A DNA stretch of 48,399 nucleotides from positions 1 to 48,399 of the forward strand of contig JBBQPO010000012.1 in the NCBI GenBank assembly GCA_038217285.1, in the 5' to 3' direction. This DNA is from Chthonomonadales bacterium. Its GTDB lineage: Bacteria; Armatimonadota; Chthonomonadetes; Chthonomonadales; Chthonomonadaceae. Made by a program: the position numbers and the translations under genes. Every line of letters starts with the position of its first letter. Position 1 is the first letter of the stretch. The notes under the pieces were generated by a model, which worked only from the letters and a program-made list of their open reading frames with translations, made no database searches and had not been told where the DNA came from. This document shows positions 1 to 8,334 of this stretch, in pieces.

Positions 1-964
1 AATCCTGCACGGAGACCTGTACGCCGGTAAGGTTAGGCTGACGGACGGCGCAGGTATTGGCGATGTCCAGGTCACTGACTTCGTAATATTCGACGTTATG
101 CAGATAGAGCGCAGCAAGAGATTTTCCTGCCGCGTCGATACGCGGCTTCGGTCCGGTACCATATGAGCCGATGCGGACGGGCAGACCTTCGTGGCCGCTT
201 CCACCGGGTGCGAGGAACCCTGTCCAGGCCGAGCCCGATTTCAACAGGATCCGGTCGCCGGCGGAGAACTCCCCCCGGTTCACGTTGTCGAGCGTCTGCC
301 AGGCATGGGGTGCGGTGAGGCCGTCCGAGCTATCGTTGCCATGGGCGGAATCCAGGAAATAGGTGTGGTTTTCGGGGTATTTTCGATCCCGGACCGGGTT
401 CGGTAACGTCGCGTCCAACGGTCTGTTTTCCGAGTCGGTTCGGATGACGATGTTATTGATCGCCAGCGCTCCTCGATTCCGAATGCCGATAATGAGGGCG
501 AAATCTCCGGATCGATGGGTAGCCAGCGCCATATCCATGTGGCCCGTCGCCCCCGTTTCACCGGCCAGGTCCTTCCAGCCCACCGCTCCCCCGCCGCCTT
601 TACGGCGGAAGAGGGCGTAGAACTGGGCGTTGCCGTCGCGTGCCAGCACCCGGTAGTCGAAAGAGACCCGGTACGCTTCTTTAGGCATCAGCAGCCCCGA
701 GCGTAGGTGGAAAAACTCGTTCCACTCCGCAGTGGAAGCCCGCGAATCGCCCTTGAGTGACTTTTTGCCTCCGACCTCCTCGTTGGTCTGCGTCGTCAGG
801 CTCACGGAGGCCAGTGTCTCCTGAGAGACGACTGCGGCGGGATTCGTCGTCGCGAAGTCGGCCTGGAGGATGGTGCGAGGCGCTTCCTGAGCTTTACCGG
901 GAGCAGCGAACCATCCGAAGAGGGCCAAAGCAACCGATGATCCTACCGCTGTGTAGATTCTCAC
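1..964 (-). CDS. Secreted right-handed parallel beta-helix protein (pectin-lyase-like fold), 3' end runs off the window
   Basis: Not in the ORF track; translated by hand from GTG at 964 (GAGAGGGA upstream). Signal-like MRIYTAVGSSVALALFGWFAAPGKAQ, then TYFLDSAHGNDSSDGLTAPHAWQTLDNVN..FSAGDRILLKSGSAWTG..GSYGTGPKPRI, the typical N-terminal cap of beta-helix repeat proteins. Confidence 0.8.
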   Translation of the reverse strand, partial: MRIYTAVGSSVALALFGWFAAPGKAQEAPRTILQADFATTNPAAVVSQETLASVSLTTQTNEEVGGKKSLKGDSRASTAEWNEFFHLRSGLLMPKEAYRVSFDYRVLARDGNAQFYALFRRKGGGGAVGWKDLAGETGATGHMDMALATHRSGDFALIIGIRNRGALAINNIVIRTDSENRPLDATLPNPVRDRKYPENHTYFLDSAHGNDSSDGLTAPHAWQTLDNVNRGEFSAGDRILLKSGSAWTGFLAPGGSGHEGLPVRIGSYGTGPKPRIDAAGKSLAALYLHNVEYYEVSDLDIANTCAVRQPNLTGVQVSVQD

Positions 965-1044
965 AGCATTCCCTCTCTTTCTGATGCGAAAATGGTTAGG
1001 CACGGTCAATCTGCAGCCGACCGGCATCGAAGATCCTTGGTCGA

Positions 1045-4000
1045 TCACGGCATCGGGCGCAGGACGACGACTGTCGGTGCGGAGGCGAGGCGGATAACAT
1101 ACGAATCGCGGACAGCCGGGGTCTGGCGCGCCGGAACGTAATGTGGGCTTGCCGCCACCGTTGTTTCGATACGTAAGTAGGCAGACGGCGTACCTGGTGT
1201 GAGCGGCGAGAGACTGAGTTCGACCTGCCGCGTTATCAGATTAAAACGGATTATCTCCAGGGTGCCGGAATCCAGAGTCAGCCAGAGGTGCAGAGGCGCT
1301 ACGAAAACCCGACTTCGGAAGCCGTCTCGTGGCAAAATGGTGATGCTGTTTTTCTCTGCGAGCACGTTGCAGCCGAAGCCGAGCCAGCCGAACTCCGGGT
1401 CGTTCATCACATAAGAGCCGGTGTTGTGGGCATAACCGTAGAACGCAATGCCGTAGTCGGCGGTGTAGGGGTCGAACTGGAGAATGCGGGGGTCCGCGTC
1501 AAAGCCGTACGAGCCGAAACCCTGCGCGTCGATATTTGCCGCGACCTGACTCATGGCGGCGTAGCCGACGCGCAACAGTCGCAAGTTACCGGGGTTCCGG
1601 CGATAGGCATCGAGAATAGGAATCGAGTTTATGGAGGAACCGTAGTGGTTCGTCATGCGGACGATGTCGGGCCAGCGTGTGCCGTTGACCGGGGCGTCGA
1701 AATAGCGCCGTCCCGCGCCGTTATAAGCCCAGTTTGGGACGGTCGGGGTATAGCCCAAAATGGCATTGAGGGTCACCTGGGCTTTGTCGTCATCGTGGAA
1801 ATAGCGGGTCCACGTGTAGACCTCCTCCTGGCCGGTCGAATCCCAGGGCATTTCACTGCCGAAGGGATAGCGTAAGGTACGCCAGTGGTCGGCCCGCTCA
1901 CGCATAAAGCCTTCCAGGGCGTCCGCTTCCGTCTTCCAGCCTTCCCGTTTCAGATCGGCGAGAATCTCCGGGAAGACACTGCCGACCATCAGGCCGAACT
2001 GAGCCAGTCCGTAGTGATCCTGTTTCGGCCCGGACTGCACCTGGAGCGCCATGACGGTCCGATAGGCGTGCCGGAGATACCAGTCCCATTTCTGCTGTTT
2101 CACCAGGCCGTCGTGAGCGCGGGCGAGACGGTAGAGGGACCAGTAGACTGCCGCGACGTGCGGGTAGTTGAAGGCGCGCCAGGTCGTCTCGGTACGGGCT
2201 TTGTCCCAGCCTCCGCGCACCGTGTAGTAGTTCGGAAACTCTTTCGGATCGAAGTAAAACAGGCTGGCCTTTACCCCGTAGTCCGGGTTCTGGAGATGGC
2301 CCCAGAGGGTCTTGTTTACGTAGGTTTCCAGGAGAGCGATCTCGGCTGCGTTCGGCTGACCGAGATTCTTCATCGCCATCGCAACAGACGGTCCGGCCCC
2401 GATCTCGTCGCTCAGTCCGACGAACCATGTATGGGAATGCTGAAGCACGATCTTGCCGGTGTCGCGGTCGAACTGCATGAAGGAAGGGGCGCGGTGGAAG
2501 CGGTCGGTGGGATCGTCGTACCACTGCTTTGCGGCATGGAAGGCCCCCAGACGCGCCACGGCTGTCGCTTCCGGTTGGGTGATTATATAGTGGATCACTT
2601 GCGTCGAGCCATCGGCATAGGTCGCTATCAGACGTGTTCTGCCGATCCTTTTGCCGTGCAGGCTGAACTGCTGCCAGCCGTGCGCCGTCGCCTTCGCATC
2701 GGAGGTGATCTGAACAGCGTCCTGCGGTTCGCTGCGCAACGATAGCAGGGGTTGAGCGGAATGCAGAAACAGCCGACCGGTCTGGTCGGACGGCAGGACA
2801 TAGCCCGGTATCCCGATGGCAACCGGCCGCTGGTGCTCGATCAGAGTCGGCTCGATCTCCGCGATAGACGGCGAGAGCACAAACTGAAATCCATAGCTCG
2901 CCGACTCACCGGGCTGGAGGGTCTTCGCAGTCGGAGCGTTCCAGGGCTGCGCGAGTTTCCATTCGTTCTCGGCGTAGGCGGCGGTATGGGCCATCCACTC
3001 GTAGAAGCCCTCAAAGGTCACATCGCGAGGAGTCGGATCGTCGTAGAGCGGGCGATACGCCTCGAACGCGGTTCCACGTTCCGGCAACACCAGCAGGGCC
3101 GGTCCTTTACCGCTTAAGCGTGTGACTTGAAGGTATCCCTTCTCCCCGCCAATATAGGGGTCAGAGAATGCGCACTTCTCGTGCGCTTCTTCCAGCGAGC
3201 GTCCGGTAAGCAGGTTGTTGAACACCATGGGAAACCCGAGCGCGCCGATGCGAACCGGTCGCGTGCCGGGATTCGATATATGGAAACGAAGGACGAGATG
3301 TCCGCCATCCTGCGTCCACTCCCGTCGTACCGAGAGCGGGCAATCCCCCCCAAGCGAAGGGGTGAGGTCGGTCGTGACGAGGGAAGAGGGGACGTTGAGC
3401 GCGGTGCGTGCTGTGCGTACGGTCGCCGTGGAAAACGCTTTCCAGGCCTCGCCGTCAATCTGGGTCCGCAGCGTCATATCGCCGAGATGATAGAAGCCGT
3501 CGTCCAGGCGAGCCGTCAGTCGGTCTGCCGGAAGAAAATCGAAGACTGTGCCGAGCGGCGAGAGAGACACCGCTGTCTGCGTCGCGTTCAGGAGGGTGAG
3601 CGTCAGGTTGCCCACGGTGATCCGGCGGGTGCCCTGGCGCAGCAGCCCAGCGGCAACCGCGCGTTCTGCTCCGAAGCGCGTTGCGTCGGCATCGAACGCC
3701 TGCCCGATCTGTTCCGCTGTCAAGGCGCCCTCGCGGATGCGCACCGTGGCGAGCAGCAGCGAACCCGCCTGCTGTGCGCCCGTGAATTCATTGGTGAACT
3801 GCGTGGCACCGCCTGCACCGGTCTCGGCGGCGAGCACGACCGGAAATCCGGCAGGAGTGTTCAGAGTAATGTCCCGCGCGCTCTTTTCCAGTCCATTGTC
3901 GTAGACTCGGGCGGTCTTCCCATCGTAGGAATAGACCAGATAGTGCCAGCGTTTCGGCTTCGGGACGCCGTTCCAGCCCAGGTCTGCGGCCCAGTGCGCC

Positions 4001-4473
4001 GCAGCACCGTAAGCCGGATTGCGCCCCCATCCGAAAGCTAGCAAGGTGCCGCCCGGACCGCCCCGCTTTCCGAGGCAGACCATCGTCTCTTCATCGCTAT
4101 CGAGCGACGGGTTGTAAGCCCAGACCTCGATGGTTCGCGGACGACTGCCTGCGATCTCCGACGCAGCGTTCGGGCCGCGATAGGCGTCCTGCCTGCCATC
4201 GAAAGAAACCGCCTTTACACCGCCAATCTCCACGACTTTCGGTTGTCCAACGCGCTCAAAGGCGCCAAGCGTGCCGTGGTTGATCCATCGGGTCGTCCCC
4301 GCGCTCGCATCCCGCGCGTCCAGATCAACGAACAACGCGCCCGGCATCTGTGCCAAAACCGGCTGGGCCAGGGCGAACAGCAGGGCGAACGTGACCATGA
4401 GCGAGCCGTAGGCCGAAAGTCGGTTTGCTCGCGGAGACAGAATCGCCCCCATAGTACGCAACATTGTCAACAC
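1045..4473 (-). CDS. Secreted LamG-like jellyroll + DUF5695-family putative glycoside hydrolase
   Basis: 1142-aa ORF with signal peptide. N-terminal LamG-like motif (RTIEVWAY..WHYLVYSYDG..VYDNG). C-terminal WRAFNYPH, YPFGSEMPWDSTGQEEVY and HYGSSINSIP motifs recognised as DUF5695. Exact start uncertain. Confidence 0.75.
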   Translation of the reverse strand: MLTMLRTMGAILSPRANRLSAYGSLMVTFALLFALAQPVLAQMPGALFVDLDARDASAGTTRWINHGTLGAFERVGQPKVVEIGGVKAVSFDGRQDAYRGPNAASEIAGSRPRTIEVWAYNPSLDSDEETMVCLGKRGGPGGTLLAFGWGRNPAYGAAAHWAADLGWNGVPKPKRWHYLVYSYDGKTARVYDNGLEKSARDITLNTPAGFPVVLAAETGAGGATQFTNEFTGAQQAGSLLLATVRIREGALTAEQIGQAFDADATRFGAERAVAAGLLRQGTRRITVGNLTLTLLNATQTAVSLSPLGTVFDFLPADRLTARLDDGFYHLGDMTLRTQIDGEAWKAFSTATVRTARTALNVPSSLVTTDLTPSLGGDCPLSVRREWTQDGGHLVLRFHISNPGTRPVRIGALGFPMVFNNLLTGRSLEEAHEKCAFSDPYIGGEKGYLQVTRLSGKGPALLVLPERGTAFEAYRPLYDDPTPRDVTFEGFYEWMAHTAAYAENEWKLAQPWNAPTAKTLQPGESASYGFQFVLSPSIAEIEPTLIEHQRPVAIGIPGYVLPSDQTGRLFLHSAQPLLSLRSEPQDAVQITSDAKATAHGWQQFSLHGKRIGRTRLIATYADGSTQVIHYIITQPEATAVARLGAFHAAKQWYDDPTDRFHRAPSFMQFDRDTGKIVLQHSHTWFVGLSDEIGAGPSVAMAMKNLGQPNAAEIALLETYVNKTLWGHLQNPDYGVKASLFYFDPKEFPNYYTVRGGWDKARTETTWRAFNYPHVAAVYWSLYRLARAHDGLVKQQKWDWYLRHAYRTVMALQVQSGPKQDHYGLAQFGLMVGSVFPEILADLKREGWKTEADALEGFMRERADHWRTLRYPFGSEMPWDSTGQEEVYTWTRYFHDDDKAQVTLNAILGYTPTVPNWAYNGAGRRYFDAPVNGTRWPDIVRMTNHYGSSINSIPILDAYRRNPGNLRLLRVGYAAMSQVAANIDAQGFGSYGFDADPRILQFDPYTADYGIAFYGYAHNTGSYVMNDPEFGWLGFGCNVLAEKNSITILPRDGFRSRVFVAPLHLWLTLDSGTLEIIRFNLITRQVELSLSPLTPGTPSAYLRIETTVAASPHYVPARQTPAVRDSYVIRLASAPTVVVLRPMP

Positions 4474-4645
4474 CTGTTCTCCTTGACTCTCATAAGGGGT
4501 CGGCTCTCACTCTATTGGCTCAGACATTCACCATAAGGGCTCCGGTTTCCTACGGGGCGAAAGCCGGAAGCATGTAGAAGTCTGCAGGCAGGAAAAGTTG
4601 TGCTCCAACCGGAAATTCTACGTCAACTTATGAGGGAGGGCGTGT

Positions 4646-6175
4646 ATGCTACGAAATCGTGAAAAGCAGGTTGTTTTCATCGCTGTCATGGCGATACTTC
4701 TAGGGGGGTTAGGAGCACGGGGGCGGGCGGACGTGTCGCTGTCATCGGTGATTTCCGACAATATGGTACTACAGCAGCAGACGCCGGTGCGCATATTTGG
4801 CAAAGCCGATCCCATGGAGAAAGTTACGGTGGCTATTCAGGGTCAGACTCAGGTGACGACGGCCAGCGCGGACGGCAAGTGGGCCGTGTGGTTGAAACCG
4901 CTGAAGGCAGGGGGACCGTTTTCGTTGACAGTCGCGGGGAAGAACGCGATTGAATTGAAGAATATCCTGGTCGGGGAGGTCTGGGTCTGCAGCGGACAGT
5001 CGAATATGGAGTTCGCACTGAAAAGAGCATTCGAGGGCGACAAGGCTATCGCGAGTTCGGCGAACCCAAACATACGGCTGTTTCTGGTTTCCAAGGCGCG
5101 CTCCACCCAGCCATTGGACGACGTGAAGGCGAGTTGGAAAGAGTGCGGCCCCGACAGTGTCGGCGGCTTTAGCGCTGTCGCTTACTACTTTGCCCGCGAC
5201 CTTCAGAAGGCGCGGAATGTGCCTGTCGGCCTCATTGGCACCTACTGGGGCGGGACACCGGCCGAATCGTGGACGAGCGAGGATGTTCTCACCGGAAGTC
5301 CGGTGCTCAAGCCCATCGTGGACAACTATCCGGCGGCGCGGAGCCGATTCGACAAGGCTGTGGCGGACTATCCGGCGGCGGTGGAGAAGGCCAAGGCGGA
5401 AGGGAAGCGCACGCCGAACCGCCCCAATCTATGGCGTTATTCGGAACTCTACAACGCGATGATCGCCCCCTTGACACCGTACACGGTCAAGGGTTTCACG
5501 TGGTATCAGGGTGAGTCCAACGCAAGTCAGGCGGATCAGTACCGCACCCTGATGCCAGCGATGATCAATAACTGGCGGCAGGCGTGGGGCAACGTCGAGA
5601 TGCCGTTTCTGCTGGTCCAGCTTGCTCCTTACATGGCGCTCAGCCCGGAGCCGCAGGACACCCCGTGGGCGCACCTGCGCGAAGCCCAACTCTACACGAC
5701 GCAGACGCTGCCGAAGGTGGGGATGGCGGTCATCACGGATGTCGGCACGGCCGGAGACATACATCCGAAACACAAGGAACCGGTCGGGCAGCGGCTCGCG
5801 CTCCTCGCTCGAAACATCGCTTATGGGGAGAAGATCGTCGCCAACGGGCCTGTCTATCGCAATATGAACGTTCGGGATGGCAAGGCGCTGCTGCATTTCG
5901 GAAGCGTGGGGACAGGCCTGCAGGCGCTCGCTGTGGAGGAAGAGGGGGTGTCGATACCAGCGGGCAGACTGACCGGATTTACGATTGCGGGCAAGGACGG
6001 GAATTTTGTCAATGCCGACGCGGTTATTCAGGGCAAAGATGCGGTGCTGGTCTCTTCGCCGCAAGTGCCGGAACCTGTCGCGGTTCGCTACGGATGGGCG
6101 AACTATCCGGTGGTGAACCTGTGGAATAGCGAAAACCTTCCTGCCTCGCCGTTCCGCACCGACGCTCCGAAGTAG
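4646..6175 (+). CDS. Sialate O-acetylesterase (SASA) family carbohydrate esterase
   Basis: Signal peptide, SDNMVLQQ, GEVWVCSGQSNMEF, WYQGESN, DIHPKHK, AVRYGW and LPASPFRTD motifs; GAGGGAGG RBS. Confidence 0.9.
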   Translation: MLRNREKQVVFIAVMAILLGGLGARGRADVSLSSVISDNMVLQQQTPVRIFGKADPMEKVTVAIQGQTQVTTASADGKWAVWLKPLKAGGPFSLTVAGKNAIELKNILVGEVWVCSGQSNMEFALKRAFEGDKAIASSANPNIRLFLVSKARSTQPLDDVKASWKECGPDSVGGFSAVAYYFARDLQKARNVPVGLIGTYWGGTPAESWTSEDVLTGSPVLKPIVDNYPAARSRFDKAVADYPAAVEKAKAEGKRTPNRPNLWRYSELYNAMIAPLTPYTVKGFTWYQGESNASQADQYRTLMPAMINNWRQAWGNVEMPFLLVQLAPYMALSPEPQDTPWAHLREAQLYTTQTLPKVGMAVITDVGTAGDIHPKHKEPVGQRLALLARNIAYGEKIVANGPVYRNMNVRDGKALLHFGSVGTGLQALAVEEEGVSIPAGRLTGFTIAGKDGNFVNADAVIQGKDAVLVSSPQVPEPVAVRYGWANYPVVNLWNSENLPASPFRTDAPK

Positions 6176-6205
6176 GCCATGGGGGCGACCGTCGATGGGT
6201 TAGCA

Positions 6206-6233
6206 CGGGAGAGATCCAGTCTGTTCTCTCCCG
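6206..6233. terminator. Hairpin between convergent genes, possible bidirectional terminator
   Basis: cgggagaga (6206-6214) pairs with tctctcccg (6225-6233): 9-bp stem, no strong U-tract. Confidence 0.4.
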
Positions 6234-6235
6234 CC

Positions 6236-6454
6236 CTACGACGGGGTCACATCGGGCTCAGGCTCGGACTCTCGCGCCTGCTGGAGCGTTCTCAGCGAGG
6301 TTCCGCATTGGTTACAGTAGGAACAGTGCAGGGCCGTATACCACTTCATAGGGCCTTTAAGGGAGTTGTCCGCAAGCGCTTCCACCGGATGCCGCATATG
6401 GTGGCAGGCCTGAATCTCCGCAGAGTCATCCGTCTTTTTCACAGGCATCTCCAT
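6236..6454 (-). CDS. Small zinc-finger protein, anti-sigma (ZAS/zf-HC2)-like
   Basis: 72 aa, GGAGGAGG RBS, C..(x25)..HCSYCNQC matching HxxxCxxC. Confidence 0.55.
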   Translation of the reverse strand: MEMPVKKTDDSAEIQACHHMRHPVEALADNSLKGPMKWYTALHCSYCNQCGTSLRTLQQARESEPEPDVTPS

Positions 6455-6597
6455 CCCTCCTCCGACCGATCAGATACACGCTTGAACAGCGTATCGACGG
6501 CCTGAGTTCCCGAAATGTACGACCCGTTGCTAAATAGATCGGGAAGACGAATCCGGTTCGGACCGTGGGACGCGAACCGTTGTTATCGGTGAAACTG

Positions 6598-8061
6598 TTA
6601 CTGCTTTTTTGAGGAGAGACTGCCGGCGAAACCGACGACTTTGTGGTCGTGGCCGGGCTGAGAGACGAAGGAGAGAAGGGGCTGGCCGGTCTGCGTGTCC
6701 CAGATCCGTACCTCGCCGTTATACGCACCGGTGAGGAGGCGGTGAGTCGCGGCGTCGTAGTCGAGGGCGAAGACCCAGTCGGTGTGCCCTTCGAAGGTTC
6801 GGACGCTGGAGAGGGTTTTCGTGTCGAACTGTTTAACCAGGCCGTCGGCGGAGGTGGCGAACACCTGATCGCCACAGACGAGCAGGCCGAAGACATCCTT
6901 CGCGAAACCGTGAGGAATATAGCGGGTATTACTCTGCTTTGCGAAGCGGTCCTCCATGTCTCCGGCGTCACCTGACTCGGCTTTGACCTGGACCGGGTTC
7001 CAGATCTGAATCCACTGCCCGCCTCCGGCGCTGTAGGCGAGCAGGGAGTCGGGAGCGAACTGGACGGCGTAGACCGGCGCATGACCCTGATAACGTCCGA
7101 TCTGACGGTTATGCCCGTTATACGTGGTGAAGAGGTCGCCAGAAGCGGCGTCGTAGACCTTCACGGTCATGTCACGGCTGGAACTGGCGAGGAACTGACC
7201 GTCGAAGCTGAAACTGACGCCCGTCACCCAGTCGGAATGGACACCGGCGCTCCAGAGCCGCTTCCGGGCGGCGGTGTCATAGACTCGCACGGCGGCGTCC
7301 GCGCTGCCTGCCGCGATCCGCTTGCCGTCCGGGCTGAAGGCGGCCGTCAGGACGATGTCGTTGAAAGTATCGAGCACAGCCGATCTCTGACCGGTCGTCG
7401 TATCGACAAGCGACACTTCGCCGTACTCCCCCGGTGTGCCGCCGCCGATCAGGAGCGTCTTGCCGTCCTTGCTGAACACGAGGGCCTGGATTCGCTCCGG
7501 AAGATGCTGCCATCGTTTCACCAGGGCGCCTGTCCTCGCGTTCCAGACCGTCACTTCGTAGTAGCCGCCGACTGCGATCTCTTTGCCGCCCGGAGCGAAC
7601 GCGATGGCCATGACGGGAACCGTAGACCGATAGACCGCCGGTGAGGCCGGATGCTCCCGTGGACCGAGCAGGCTCTTCAGCGGGGCTGTCTTGTCGGCGG
7701 CATCGAACTTCGCGCCTTCAACGATCCACTGTCGGACGAGTTCGATCTGCGCCGCCGAGAGGGGATCGTCGCTTTTCGGCATCCGGATCGGCTCGACTTT
7801 CGTCGTGATCCGCTGGAAGAGCAGCGACTCCGTCGGCTTGCCCGCTACCACAGGCGCGAGTCCGGAGGCGCCCGGTTTGAGCAGGCTCTGGAAGTTGTGC
7901 GCGCGATAGCCACCCAGGTTGGTGCGCTCTCCATGACAGCCGGTACACCGCTTCAGCAGAATAGGCGCGACGTCATGCGAAAAGCTGACATTCGCTTGTG
8001 CGGGAGCGGTCCAGAGTAGAATCAGCCCGATCAGAGACATTCCAAAGGTTTTCAAGTTCAC
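6598..8061 (-). CDS. Planctomycete-type cytochrome c domain + WD40 repeat protein
   Basis: Signal peptide, VSFSHDVAPILLKRCTGCHG (CxxCH), RMPK..QWIVEGA, then several WD40 repeats (HSDWVTGVSFS, GHTDWVFALDY..VRIWD). Confidence 0.9.
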   Translation of the reverse strand: MNLKTFGMSLIGLILLWTAPAQANVSFSHDVAPILLKRCTGCHGERTNLGGYRAHNFQSLLKPGASGLAPVVAGKPTESLLFQRITTKVEPIRMPKSDDPLSAAQIELVRQWIVEGAKFDAADKTAPLKSLLGPREHPASPAVYRSTVPVMAIAFAPGGKEIAVGGYYEVTVWNARTGALVKRWQHLPERIQALVFSKDGKTLLIGGGTPGEYGEVSLVDTTTGQRSAVLDTFNDIVLTAAFSPDGKRIAAGSADAAVRVYDTAARKRLWSAGVHSDWVTGVSFSFDGQFLASSSRDMTVKVYDAASGDLFTTYNGHNRQIGRYQGHAPVYAVQFAPDSLLAYSAGGGQWIQIWNPVQVKAESGDAGDMEDRFAKQSNTRYIPHGFAKDVFGLLVCGDQVFATSADGLVKQFDTKTLSSVRTFEGHTDWVFALDYDAATHRLLTGAYNGEVRIWDTQTGQPLLSFVSQPGHDHKVVGFAGSLSSKKQ

Positions 8062-8069
8062 GCGTCTTC

Positions 8070-8110
8070 TCCTCCTGACTCTAGTGCTGGAACAGGAACT
8101 CCTGCGTATT
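8070..8110. repeat. 41-bp direct repeat, copy 1
   Basis: tcctcctgactctagtgctggaacaggaactcctgcgtatt, identical to 8294-8334. Confidence 0.97.
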
Positions 8111-8293
8111 TCCTGCTATCGGGGTTAAAACCCCGCGCTGAAAGGGGAAGGCAGGAAGCCCTCCGGGCACCCCAAATTCTCCGCTGCCGCGCAGAGAATT
8201 TCCTTCGCGGACTCAATGCATTTGAGTCCGCGAAGGCGGACTTCCCGTATCAGAACGGCAATTCATTGCCGGGAAAAGTGCGAACGGATTACG
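8111..8293. mobile_element. Non-coding multi-hairpin REP/MITE-like element
   Basis: 183 bp between the two 41-bp repeats. Contains a perfect 15-bp inverted repeat (8202-8216 with 8222-8236), cggggttaaaaccccg, agtccgcgaaggcggact and cggcaattcattgccg. Confidence 0.65.
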
Positions 8294-8334
8294 TCCTCCT
8301 GACTCTAGTGCTGGAACAGGAACTCCTGCGTATT
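8294..8334. repeat. 41-bp direct repeat, copy 2
   Basis: Identical to 8070-8110; on the minus strand it encodes NTQEFLFQH, the stop codon and AGGAGGA. Confidence 0.97.

Noticed and set aside
8070-8334. Two 41-bp repeats as a mini CRISPR array
   Set aside because: Only two copies, a 183-bp spacer, the repeat is the gene's own 3' end, and there are no cas genes.
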